Assembly: GCA_050950505.1 (NCBI GenBank) | Contig: JBMNHS010000001.1 | Coordinates: 288,001-352,000, forward strand | DNA from: Candidatus Methanomethylophilaceae archaeon | GTDB lineage: Archaea; Thermoplasmatota; Thermoplasmata; Methanomassiliicoccales; Methanomethylophilaceae | Length of the DNA stretch: 64,000 bases | Direction: 5' to 3' | Part shown: in pieces, positions 41,561 through 50,988 of the stretch | How positions within the stretch are numbered: position 1 is the first letter of the stretch | Layout: every line of letters begins with the position of its first letter | Position numbers and translations under genes: made by a program | The notes under the pieces: model-generated | Told to the model about the DNA's origin: nothing | Database searches by the model: none | The model's input: only the letters and a program-made list of their open reading frames with translations

Positions 41561-41625
41561 TTTTTGCGTTTCTTCTTCAGGATAAAAATAATATTCTGTC
41601 ACGCGTTCGCTTATACGGAAGACTC

Positions 41626-42150
41626 ATGAAAACCGTTGAAGATTATATCGTAACCGTGCCCGATTTCCCCCATAAGGGGATAATGTTCAGGGACGTCACA
41701 ACAATTCTGCAGGATGAAAAGGGATTCGCGCTGGCCGTTGACGGCCTGAAGGATATGCTCGACGGTGTTGATTTCGACCTTATCGCCGGATCGGAATCCC
41801 GGGGATTCATTTTCGGGGCTCCGGTCGCTTACGCAATGAATAAAGGATTCCTTATTGTGAGAAAGGCCGGAAAACTTCCGAGGGAAACGGTTTCCGAAAC
41901 TTATGATTTGGAATACGGAACCGCGACTTTGGAAATGCACAAAGACAGCGTAAAACCCGGTCAGAAAGTCGTAATCGTCGACGATCTTATTGCCACCGGC
42001 GGAACCACCGAAGCCATAATAAAAATGATTGAAAAACTGGGCGGCGAAGTCGTAAAGATCTGTTTCGTCATAGAATTGGCGGGATTGAAGGGCCGGGACA
42101 AGCTGAAAGGTTACGACGTGGAGTCTCTGGTCGTTTATCCGGGCAATTGA
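41626..42150 (+). CDS. apt: Adenine phosphoribosyltransferase (bacterial type)
   Basis: PDFP..GIMFRD, ESRGF, RK.GKLP, LEYG and VDDLIATGGT. Confidence 0.96.
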   Translation: MKTVEDYIVTVPDFPHKGIMFRDVTTILQDEKGFALAVDGLKDMLDGVDFDLIAGSESRGFIFGAPVAYAMNKGFLIVRKAGKLPRETVSETYDLEYGTATLEMHKDSVKPGQKVVIVDDLIATGGTTEAIIKMIEKLGGEVVKICFVIELAGLKGRDKLKGYDVESLVVYPGN

Positions 42151-42577
42151 TTCCTGCGCTGTACGTCCGATAAGAGATTTGGAGTCTCCGGCAATCATAA
42201 AGGCGGTTCTGTTCTGAACATCGACGTCATTATCCCAAACCGGTTTCATAAAATCCTTCAAAAAACATGTAGCATATTATTGCCGGATGCCCGTTTTGCA
42301 ATGGTTTTACAGTAATTCTATCGAAAATGTATCGAATCTCAAATTTGATAAAATGGAAAAACGACTCGTTTTCAACATCGATCCTTGTTCTTCCGTATGT
42401 GTAAGGAAACCCCGAGGGGGTTTGCCGATCTTTATTGGTAATCAGAATCATTGCCAAAAGAAGATGGGAGTCTTTGAAAACGCGGGTACGTTGTTGAGAG
42501 GTTTCCTGTCATAGAGAAATTCACAGTGTTTTAGAAAGTGGTAATCTTACAGAAAACAGCCCGTTTTCGACCGTTAA

Positions 42578-43331
42578 TCAGACATTGTATCTTTTCCACC
42601 CTATGCCGTCGATGCCTCGGATGCCGCTCATTAAACGAGGATAGATATGCTTCTTGAACGCATCACTTTTTTCTTTGATACAATCCTCAAATTTTCCGTC
42701 GGCTATGTAATTTAATGCGAAATTTGCGATAACGTCACATATCTGTAATTCCGGCCATTCATGAGAAAGCCCTCCCAATATGTTCGGTATAATCATCGTG
42801 ACACAGTTTTCTCCTATTATGCGGATTCACGTATTCTTCTATGAGTTTACTGAAATCGTCCAATTCTTGTGTGTCTGAAAGATCCCAAATGATAATGTAT
42901 CGGTCATCGCCCATATGATTGGCATAACCGGATATCCTTTCCATCAAAAGTTCTCTGGCTATATCTTTCGGCAATACGCCCTTGGATGGGTTTGACGGAA
43001 TGAACATGCTAGTAGGCGTTTCCGGATTATTACAGGTTGAAGTAATCCATACTTTAAGGTTGAATTCGTCAATCGATTCAGCAATGCGTCTGGCAATGTC
43101 ATCGGCGGTCACTCCGTCCTTTAATTTATTTCCGGACACTCCCGAGCCTTTCAATTCCTTCTTTTCATACATTCTCATACAATCTCGTTTTAAGCTCTGA
43201 AATTGTATCGATAATTCATCATGTGTACTCATATCCGCACATATTCCGACGGAGACCCAGACATTGCCTTTGTTATTATGCGGAGATCCTTCTCCCGATT
43301 CATCAATAAATATAGTTTTAAACAGTGACAC
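42578..43331 (-). pseudogene. DUF3800-like (RNase H-fold) gene split by a frameshift near 42796-42810
   Basis: ORF1 has FIDESG and ELKG; the overlapping ORF2 in another frame carries S..WPELQICD (QxxD motif); AT-rich. Confidence 0.7.
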
Positions 43332-43415
43332 GTAATATCTGGCATATTTACATATATAAAAATACCCTAATATTTATTGGCGTATCCTTTTATACGCTTA
43401 TCTCCATGTTTATAC

Positions 43416-43459
43416 TGGAGCGGAGAGGGTGGGTTTTTACCTGCTAGGCTCTGCTCCGC
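43416..43459 (-). other. 44-nt tRNA-like hairpin ending in TCCA
   Basis: Minus strand GCGGAGCAGAGCCTAGCAGGTAAAAACCCACCCTCTCCGCTCCA; GCGGAG/CTCCGC stem plus T-CCA overhang. Confidence 0.4.
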
Positions 43460-43680
43460 ATTTATTATATGTTAAGTTTTTATCGGTTCGTTATAGGGAT
43501 GATAGAACCTCATAAACCTCAAATTCTGAATCTTCGTCGGAACCGATCGTTTCTTCACACTGTATGGTCAATTCTTCCTTGAAGACTGAATTACTATTTT
43601 TACTACAGATCTTCTACCGGATGTCCAAAATTTCACAGAAGGATGGGGGTTCTTTTTACAGAATGGGATATTACAGACAG

Positions 43681-43752
43681 CGGGCCCTCCGGGATTCGAA
43701 CCCGAGTCCTCGGCTTCGAAGGCCGACAGGATATCCGCTACCCCAAGGGCCC
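43681..43752 (-). tRNA. tRNA-Arg(TCG)
   Basis: GGGCCCT acceptor, TCGGC-CTTCGAA-GCCGA anticodon arm, GGTTCGAATCC; CCA not encoded. Confidence 0.96.
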
Positions 43753-43843
43753 TGCGTCCGACGTTAAGCTGAAGGATTATTTTACTCTGCCCCCGCATCG
43801 GTGATAAGACAAGTCTTTAATTAGGCTCATTCATGTCGAAGTC

Positions 43844-44890
43844 ATGGCAAAAGTCGTAATGAATCACGGGGCGGGCGGGGAGGCCATGCAGGAATTTCTG
43901 TCAAAACACATAGTGTGTCATTTTCCCAAAACCGAGTCCGAAGTGTCCCTGGATTCCATGGACGATTCCGCCGTGATCGACGGCATCGTATTCACCATAG
44001 ACGGACACACCGTGAAACCTTTGGTTTTCCCCGGCGGGGATTTGGGAAAAATATCCGTAGCGGGAACCGTCAATGATATTTCGGTCATGGGCGCTGAACC
44101 CCTGGCCATCGGATGTTCCACCATAATCGAAGAAGGCCTTGAAATCTCGACCGTCGACGAAATCATGGCGAGCGCGGGAAGAACCAGCGAGGAATGCGGA
44201 GTGCCCATCGAGACAGGGGACACCAAGGTCGTGGAAATGGGAGCCGTGGACAAAATGTTCATGGCGACTTCCGCCGTGGGCAGAAGATCGAAATACCTCG
44301 ATAAAAACTTCGATACCGCCAAAGAATACAGAAAGGTCAAAGAAAACTGGTGCACCGATTCCAACATTGCGCCCGGCGATGCCATCATCGCATCCGGATA
44401 TTTCGGAGACCACGGAATCGCCCTGATGTCCTTCAGGGAAGGATACGGCTTTGAAAGTGAAATACAGAGTGACGTTGCACCTTTGAACAAGATGATTGAA
44501 AAAGCCCTCAAAGTCGGCGGGGTGGCGTCCATGAAGGATTCCACCCGCGGAGGTCTCGCGAACACCCTGAACGAATTGGCTTCCAAATCAAAAGTGGGAA
44601 TGGAAATCGAATACGCATCGATACCCCTGAGAGACGGAGTGATCAATGCCTGCGACCTGCTGGGTCTGGATCCTTTGAGCATAGGCAACGAAGGCAAATG
44701 CGTCATCGGCTGCGTGCCTGAAATGGCCGACGAGATTCTGAAAGCCCTCAGATCCACCCCCGAAGGGAAGGATGCGGCAATCATCGGATACGCCAATGAC
44801 GGACCGAACAGGGTCATTCTGAGGACGGAAGTGGGGGGACGGAGGATTCTTGAACCTCCGATCGGAGATCCCGTACCGAGAATCTGCTGA
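43844..44890 (+). CDS. hypE: Hydrogenase maturation protein HypE
   Basis: HGAGG, FPGGDLG, GTVND, GDTKVV, D.TRGG, NEGK and C-terminal PRIC. Confidence 0.96.
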   Translation: MAKVVMNHGAGGEAMQEFLSKHIVCHFPKTESEVSLDSMDDSAVIDGIVFTIDGHTVKPLVFPGGDLGKISVAGTVNDISVMGAEPLAIGCSTIIEEGLEISTVDEIMASAGRTSEECGVPIETGDTKVVEMGAVDKMFMATSAVGRRSKYLDKNFDTAKEYRKVKENWCTDSNIAPGDAIIASGYFGDHGIALMSFREGYGFESEIQSDVAPLNKMIEKALKVGGVASMKDSTRGGLANTLNELASKSKVGMEIEYASIPLRDGVINACDLLGLDPLSIGNEGKCVIGCVPEMADEILKALRSTPEGKDAAIIGYANDGPNRVILRTEVGGRRILEPPIGDPVPRIC

Positions 44891-44941
44891 GTACCGCGTT
44901 CATTTGAAATATACGTAACATGGTACTTTGAACGATTGGAT

Positions 44942-46123
44942 ATGGTTACTTTCTTACCTTTTCCGGGATACAGGCCTGCAATCGGCGACGGAGAGACCGT
45001 GGAGGATCGCATCAGCCCGCCTTATGACGTGATTGATGACGATTACCTTGCGGAACTTCAGAGCAAAGCCCACAACATCACAAGATTGACGCTGAACCCC
45101 GATGATGACAAAAGATACCACGGTTCCAGAAAAGAACTCGACCGGTGGATTGCCGAGGGTGCCCTGAAACAGGACGGCCCCTCGTTCTACGTGTACGAAC
45201 AGACTTTCGAAGACCACGGGGAGAAAATGACCCGGATGGGCATTGTGGGACTCCTTAAGACCGAACCTTACGAAAAAGGGGGCATAATACCCCACGAAGA
45301 GACATTTTCCAAAGTCAAAGCCGACAGACTGAATCTGCTCAGGGACATGGAGGCTCATCTTGAATCCATTTTCGGAATCCACGATTCTTTGAGCAACTCC
45401 CTGCACAGAAAAATCAGGGATCACTGCAGACTTGTTTGCAGATATGTGGACAACGAAGGGGTGGAACACAGATATTCCATACTTGAAAACGAAAAAATCT
45501 GCAATGAGATTACAAGCGAACTTCGGGATCAGAAAGTTTTGATCGCCGACGGACACCACAGATACGAAACGGCACTGGCATATTCCCAGGAGAACCCGAA
45601 ATCCGAGAAGAAGGGATACGTTCTCGCGACTCTTGTGGCCGGGGACGATCCGGGTTTGGTCATTTGGCCCACCCATCGTTTGGTCAAGACCGAGGAAATC
45701 TCCGAGAAGAACGCAATCAAGAAGATTGTGGATTCCATGGAAACAAAGGAAGTTTCCGAAGAAGAGATGCTTGCTGAATTGGGCGATTGGATGATGGGAT
45801 TGAGATTTCGCTCGGGAAAATGTTATCTGGCACGTTTCGGCGGTGACGGAATGTACACTCTCGACACGTATGTCGCTCAGGAAAAGATTCTGAAATACGT
45901 CTACAAGTGGGACGAGGACAAATGCGTCGTGGATTACGACGCGGAAATACCGTCGACCCTGAAGAAAATGGAAGACGGACTTTACGATCTGGCAATTCTT
46001 CTGAACCGACCCGATTTGGGAGAAGTTTGGAGCCTTTCGATAAAAGGCAAGCGTATGCCGAAGAAGACCACTTTCTTCTTCCCGAAGATCTGGTCCGGAT
46101 TCGTCATTTACAGAATGGTCTGA
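44942..46123 (+). CDS. DUF1015 family protein
   Basis: PPYDVI, PHEET, IADGHHRYETA, PTHR and MP.K.TFF.PK. Confidence 0.9.
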   Translation: MVTFLPFPGYRPAIGDGETVEDRISPPYDVIDDDYLAELQSKAHNITRLTLNPDDDKRYHGSRKELDRWIAEGALKQDGPSFYVYEQTFEDHGEKMTRMGIVGLLKTEPYEKGGIIPHEETFSKVKADRLNLLRDMEAHLESIFGIHDSLSNSLHRKIRDHCRLVCRYVDNEGVEHRYSILENEKICNEITSELRDQKVLIADGHHRYETALAYSQENPKSEKKGYVLATLVAGDDPGLVIWPTHRLVKTEEISEKNAIKKIVDSMETKEVSEEEMLAELGDWMMGLRFRSGKCYLARFGGDGMYTLDTYVAQEKILKYVYKWDEDKCVVDYDAEIPSTLKKMEDGLYDLAILLNRPDLGEVWSLSIKGKRMPKKTTFFFPKIWSGFVIYRMV

Positions 46124-46141
46124 AACCCGTTATTGCATAAT

Positions 46142-46166
46142 TCCGGCGGGCATATTGCCCGTCGGA
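46142..46166 (+). terminator. Hairpin after the DUF1015 gene
   Basis: TCCGGCGGGCA-TAT-TGCCCGTCGGA, 11 bp with one G-U; lies between convergent units. Confidence 0.45.
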
Positions 46167-46400
46167 CCGAATATTCGGACGGACGTGAATTTAAACCGTG
46201 CAGTAATGCCGGGAATCATCGGAACATACTTTGAAAAATCACACGTTCGGTTAAAATTGTTGAAATGCGTTGTGTAAAATCGGCACAAACGGAACCGAAA
46301 TCAAAGTTTTTTAACCGATTTTTGTGCAACGACATTGAATTTTTGCCTTAGAACGATGAAACGGTAGGATACCGTAACGTATTTCCTGAAAGAAGTGCCA

Positions 46401-46475
46401 TGGAGCCGCTGGAGGGAATTGAACCCTCGACCTGCGCATTACCAATGCGCCGCTATACCCCTTAGCCACAGCGGC
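46401..46475 (-). tRNA. tRNA-Thr(GGT)
   Basis: GCCGCTG acceptor, GCGCA-TTGGTAA-TGCGC anticodon arm, TCCA end. Confidence 0.96.
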
Positions 46476-46579
46476 CTGTAAAATGGCTTATTCGGTTGTT
46501 ATTGATAAAGGTTTCTGGTATCGAAACTGACACAGACAACCGACTAAACTAAATCATACGTCCATAATCCTTACCGTAC

Positions 46580-48523
46580 ATGAAGAAAGAAATGAGTTCC
46601 CTCGATGTCAGATCCGTCGTTTCCGAGATGGCTGATTTGGAAAATGCCCATATGGACAAAATATTCCATTGGGGCGCGGGGAACGTTCTTTTCCGGATTA
46701 CCGTGCCCGGCGGCAAGAAAGAATTGTTTTTCAGAGACAAAAAATGGCTTTACATCTCGCCGACAAAACCGGATACGCCCGTGATGCCCACCTCCTTCGC
46801 TTCATTCCTGCGCAAACGTTTGGACAATGCCAGGATCGGCAAAGTCTATCAGGCCGGCTTCGACCGTGTGGTAATCATGGAACTGAAGAAGGCCGATATC
46901 GATTATCAGATTGTTTTCGAAATCTTCGGCGGAGGAAACGTTCTTTTGGTTTCCGAAGGTAAGATAGTGAACTGTCTTATCCACAAAACGTACAGAGACC
47001 GCGCGACAAGACCGGGTGAAGACTATATCATGCCGAAACCCAGGTTCGACCCGGGAACTTCGTCGTACGAGGACTTCGTTTCGTTGTTCCGTTCGTCGGA
47101 ATCGGACACCGTACGGACTTTGGCGACCTCCGTGAATCTCGGAGGTCAGTATGCCGAGGAAGTTTGCGTCCGGGGGGGCATGGACAAAAATGCGCCGGCC
47201 GGATCCGTTTCCGAAGACGGTTTGAAAACAATGTTCGAAAAAATAGGGGAACTGGTGTCCGCCGCGGAAACCTCCCCTGAACCCACTCTGTACAAAACAG
47301 ACGGGAAAATCGTTGATCTGGCTCCCGTGAAACTCATGTCCTGCGAAGGTGCCGAAACCGAGACTTTCGATTCTCTTTCGATGGCCATTGACGCCATGGT
47401 GAAAGAAGACGAAACCGACGCCATCGAAGAGTACGTGGATCCTTCAATCGTGAAACTCCGGCGCAGAATCGAGAGACAGCGGGAAACCGTTGAAGAATAT
47501 TCCGGGGACTCGGAAGAATTCCGCCTTCAGGCCGATGCGCTGTACACGGAGTATTCCAAAGTCGAAACTCTGCTCAAAGTCCTTAAAGAACAGTCCGAAA
47601 AACTGACCTGGGATAAACTGAAAGAAGGTGCCATGAAAATCCCTTATGTGAAATCCATTGATCCTTCCAAAAATGCGGTCACGGCGGAAGTCGGCGGATA
47701 CAATACCGTTCTGGATTACACCAAAGGCATAGACACCAACGCTTCTTTGATTTATCAAAAAGGAAAAGATATCGGCGAAAGGGGAAAACGTGCCGAAGAG
47801 GCTTTGGAAACAAGTCTTCGGGAACTTGAAAAACTGGAGAAAGGGTTCGAAAAGAAAAAACAGTTGGAACTTACCCGCGCCCAGCCCACCAAACAGTTCT
47901 GGTTTGAACGGTACAAATGGTTTGTCACGGAGTCCGGAAAACTTGTCATCGGCGGAAAGAACGCCCACACCAACGACAACGTGGTGAAGAAACACATGAA
48001 GGAAGCCGATGTTTACGTCCACGCCGACGTTCACGGAGCGCCTTCGGTCATAATCAAGGACGGCAACGTAGCGACTCCCGAAGAGCTCAGACAGGTCTGT
48101 ATTTTCGCTTACTGCCATTCCAAGGCATGGGTTTCCGCAATGTCCAACGGAAGCGCCTACTGGGTATACCCGGATCAGGTCAGCAAAACCCCCAATCCCG
48201 GTGAATTCGTGCCCCGCGGTGCGTTTATCATCCGCGGGAAAAGAAATTATGAATATCACATCGAATCGGAGATGGGCGTGGGCGAAACTGAATATCAGGA
48301 CGAACGGAAGATTATGTGCGGACCCGTCGAACTGATTGAGAAAATATGTGAAAAATATTTCATCATACGTCCGGGAAGGGGCAAGAACAAGAGAACCCCC
48401 AACGAAATCGCCAAAGCTTTCGATGTTCCCGAAGAGGAAATTTCAAGAATCATACCTCCCGGAGACTCCGACATCGTCAAAACGGTCTGGCCGAAAGACG
48501 ATGAGGAAATTTCCGAAGAGTAA
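46580..48523 (+). CDS. rqcH: Ribosome quality-control protein RqcH/Rqc2 (NEMF)
   Basis: MSSLD, FDRV, EIFGGGN, WFERYKWF, GG.NA..ND, HADVHGAP and GAF.IRG. Confidence 0.93.
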   Translation: MKKEMSSLDVRSVVSEMADLENAHMDKIFHWGAGNVLFRITVPGGKKELFFRDKKWLYISPTKPDTPVMPTSFASFLRKRLDNARIGKVYQAGFDRVVIMELKKADIDYQIVFEIFGGGNVLLVSEGKIVNCLIHKTYRDRATRPGEDYIMPKPRFDPGTSSYEDFVSLFRSSESDTVRTLATSVNLGGQYAEEVCVRGGMDKNAPAGSVSEDGLKTMFEKIGELVSAAETSPEPTLYKTDGKIVDLAPVKLMSCEGAETETFDSLSMAIDAMVKEDETDAIEEYVDPSIVKLRRRIERQRETVEEYSGDSEEFRLQADALYTEYSKVETLLKVLKEQSEKLTWDKLKEGAMKIPYVKSIDPSKNAVTAEVGGYNTVLDYTKGIDTNASLIYQKGKDIGERGKRAEEALETSLRELEKLEKGFEKKKQLELTRAQPTKQFWFERYKWFVTESGKLVIGGKNAHTNDNVVKKHMKEADVYVHADVHGAPSVIIKDGNVATPEELRQVCIFAYCHSKAWVSAMSNGSAYWVYPDQVSKTPNPGEFVPRGAFIIRGKRNYEYHIESEMGVGETEYQDERKIMCGPVELIEKICEKYFIIRPGRGKNKRTPNEIAKAFDVPEEEISRIIPPGDSDIVKTVWPKDDEEISEE

Positions 48524-48532
48524 TTGAAAAAG

Positions 48533-48606
48533 CGCTCGCGCCGGAATTCGAATCCGAGTCAAGAGATCCGCAATCTCTCAGGATATCCAGGCTACCCTAC
48601 GCGAGC
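48533..48606 (-). tRNA. tRNA-Arg(GCG)
   Basis: GCTCGCG acceptor, AGAGA-TTGCGGA-TCTCT anticodon arm; CCA not encoded. Confidence 0.95.
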
Positions 48607-48639
48607 AAAAATGGCGGAAAGTCTTACGACTAAAGAGTT

Positions 48640-48831
48640 TCAAATCTCAGGATGAGACATGTAACGTACAATGTATCCCGCGATTTTGTTCCTCATTGAA
48701 ATTGAGGTTACGTCCGTAAGAGCGCTGACCATCTCTTTGTTGTTCTCAAAATCCGTGTTAAAGACCTGAGGATACTTTTCCAAGAGTTCGATAGACACTC
48801 TCTTGATATATGTGGGTCTGATTCTTCCCAT
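48640..48831 (-). CDS. rps17e: 30S ribosomal protein S17e
   Basis: MGRIRPTYIKR, DFENNK and RNKIAGY. Confidence 0.96.
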   Translation of the reverse strand: MGRIRPTYIKRVSIELLEKYPQVFNTDFENNKEMVSALTDVTSISMRNKIAGYIVRYMSHPEI

Positions 48832-48869
48832 ATCTTCACCGAGTGACTCCGATTAAGTGGATTCTGTAT

Positions 48870-49532
48870 TTAATGCTTTTTAACTCTTTTCGGACGCCCG
48901 CAGGACTTTTCCCCTTCGGGGCACGGTCCTGTCACGCAGGGGGCGCCGGCATCCCTGAAAATCGTCGGGGATACCTCTTTGCACAGACGGAGCATCTCTT
49001 CCGCCATTTCCCGGATTTCCCACTGGGCCCTCTCACAGCACCTCAGCGCAAAAAAGTGGAGGAGTTCCCTGGCATTCATCGTTATGGTTATGTTCGTTAC
49101 GCATCCGTTGGGCAATACGTACCTTGCGTCTTCCACCGGAACCTTTTCGCTTAGTTGCGAATAAATGTTCCAGATGTCTTCCATGGCTTTTTTGTAGATT
49201 TCGGAAGTTTCCGGGTTTTCCGCAATGGTCGGAGGCGTGACGTAATCGGGATCGTTCAGCGGAACATACCTTTGGGATTGTTGGGAAAATGACGCTATCC
49301 TGTGTCTCACCAACTGATGGGTCAGGGATCTCGACACTCCGGACACGGAAAATGTGAACACCGCATGTTCTATGACGGAATAATGTCCCATTCCCACTAT
49401 AGAACCCAATGTTTTTTCGGGATTCCCGGTTCCGATTATTTCATCCGCGGGTTTTTCCGAATAGCAGGATCTTCCGGCGGCCGCGCATATTTCGTCGGCA
49501 TCCTTTGTGTAAGACAGCAGCACTACTTTCAT
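48870..49532 (-). CDS. thyX: FAD-dependent thymidylate synthase
   Basis: GH.SVIEH, HQLVRHRIASFSQQSQRY, EDARYVLP and AQWEIR. Confidence 0.96.
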   Translation of the reverse strand: MKVVLLSYTKDADEICAAAGRSCYSEKPADEIIGTGNPEKTLGSIVGMGHYSVIEHAVFTFSVSGVSRSLTHQLVRHRIASFSQQSQRYVPLNDPDYVTPPTIAENPETSEIYKKAMEDIWNIYSQLSEKVPVEDARYVLPNGCVTNITITMNARELLHFFALRCCERAQWEIREMAEEMLRLCKEVSPTIFRDAGAPCVTGPCPEGEKSCGRPKRVKKH

Positions 49533-49533
49533 T

Positions 49534-50247
49534 TCACTCAAACCTGTCATACCATATGTCCGCCAGTATTTCCGTGATTTTTTCCTCATCCCGGATTTCG
49601 GCAAGACGGATGGTTCTTATTTCCATGTCCTCGGGAAGGAGTTCAATCAATCCGCGGACATGAGCATCGCCCACCACGGCGATCATCTTTTCATGTCTTT
49701 CGGAAGCTTTGATGATTTCCTTTGCCATGTTCTCGTTCCGTTCGTCGTGAAGAATCCGCATCATTGTCGGATATCGTTTCCTCAGGGACTCCATCTGTTC
49801 CTTTTCGTAAAGAGCGAAATCCTCATGGGCTTTTTCCGTATTTTTCTTTGATGTGAAACTGTTTCTGATTCCCGAGAACTTCCAGCGGAGTTTTTCTCCG
49901 AAGGACATCTCGTTCCACATTCTGACGAGGAATTCCACCGCGTCCCCGTCCATCAGTATCACTTCGGCACCGGATGTCTCGGCGGTTTTGCAGGCCTCCA
50001 GCAGTTCGAACCCTGTGTGGGCGCCGAATTGGGCCGAAGTTCTGTCCTGATTTTTGCCGATTCTTTTCACCATGCGGGGGATTTTGATCGGCTTGGCATC
50101 TTTCGGATGTTCGTATGTGCCGTCCATGGCCTGATACCTTTTCTCATCCAATTCCACCAACACGGCGTCGGGCCAAAGATGCTTGATTATGAAGCGTATG
50201 GGCTCTTCTATCTTGAATACGTGCCCGGTACCTATTATCAGAAGCAT
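49534..50247 (-). CDS. TraB/PrgY/GumN family protein
   Basis: IGTGHV, VELD, ERN..M and VVGDAHV. Confidence 0.88.
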   Translation of the reverse strand: MLLIIGTGHVFKIEEPIRFIIKHLWPDAVLVELDEKRYQAMDGTYEHPKDAKPIKIPRMVKRIGKNQDRTSAQFGAHTGFELLEACKTAETSGAEVILMDGDAVEFLVRMWNEMSFGEKLRWKFSGIRNSFTSKKNTEKAHEDFALYEKEQMESLRKRYPTMMRILHDERNENMAKEIIKASERHEKMIAVVGDAHVRGLIELLPEDMEIRTIRLAEIRDEEKITEILADIWYDRFE

Positions 50248-50342
50248 CGAATCTCCATACACCCGGATGTTAAATAAATTGTTTTTCAGAAATCTCCGAA
50301 ATCGGAGATACTGTTTTAATCGTGTCCTCTCATAAAACCGAC

Positions 50343-50987
50343 GTGAGATACGAACTTGTCTGTTTTGACATGGACGGAACTTTGACCAAAGTGGACAGTT
50401 CCTGGGATTGGATTCACGAATACTACGGGGTGGACAACGAAGAGTCCTACGAAATGTACTGTTCGGGAATCATCGACGAAAAGGAGTTCATGCGCAGAGA
50501 CATCGGGATGTGGTTGGAGAAACATCCGGAGATTACCGCGAATGACATAGCCAAACAGTTCGCCACCCTGCCGCTGATCGACGGGATTCAGGAAACCGTT
50601 GCGGCGTTGAAATCCGAAGGAATGAGGAACGTAATAGTCAGCGGAGGCATCGATTCCGCCGCACGGATGATTGCCGATGAATTCGGATTTGATGATTTCA
50701 TCGCCGATTCCCTGGAAGTCTGCGACCGCGGCATACTGACGGGGGAGGGAATTCTTCACGTGGATCTGAGCGACAAAGGAATCAACGTGAAAAATTTTCA
50801 GAATGAATACGGGATAGGGAAAGAACGCACCGTTTCCGTGGGGAATTCGTTCACCGATATTCCCATGTTCGAAAACAGTGCGCTGTCCATAGCGTTCAAT
50901 CCCATTGACGAAAAGGTCATCGAAGCGGCGGACGCCGTCGTTGAATCGGATAACCTTTCGGACATATTGGAAATAATCTTCGAATGA
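50343..50987 (+). CDS. HAD phosphatase, phosphoserine phosphatase-like
   Basis: FDMDGTL, VSGG, K and GNSFTD; start uncertain (50322 or 50343). Confidence 0.85.
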   Translation: MRYELVCFDMDGTLTKVDSSWDWIHEYYGVDNEESYEMYCSGIIDEKEFMRRDIGMWLEKHPEITANDIAKQFATLPLIDGIQETVAALKSEGMRNVIVSGGIDSAARMIADEFGFDDFIADSLEVCDRGILTGEGILHVDLSDKGINVKNFQNEYGIGKERTVSVGNSFTDIPMFENSALSIAFNPIDEKVIEAADAVVESDNLSDILEIIFE

Positions 50988-50988
50988 C

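Noticed and set aside
41267-41602. Short minus-strand ORFs over the RNA candidate
   Set aside because: No RBS or motifs, atypical composition
42230-42514. Two 75-aa ORFs (one ending in TAG) and hairpin AAACCCC-GAG-GGGGTTT at 42407-42423
   Set aside because: No recognisable protein, and TAG read-through adds only about 10 residues; the hairpin is probably a simple terminator
43678-43681. Missing encoded CCA on tRNA-Arg(TCG) as a sign of integration
   Set aside because: tRNA-Arg(GCG) also lacks CCA, which is common in archaea
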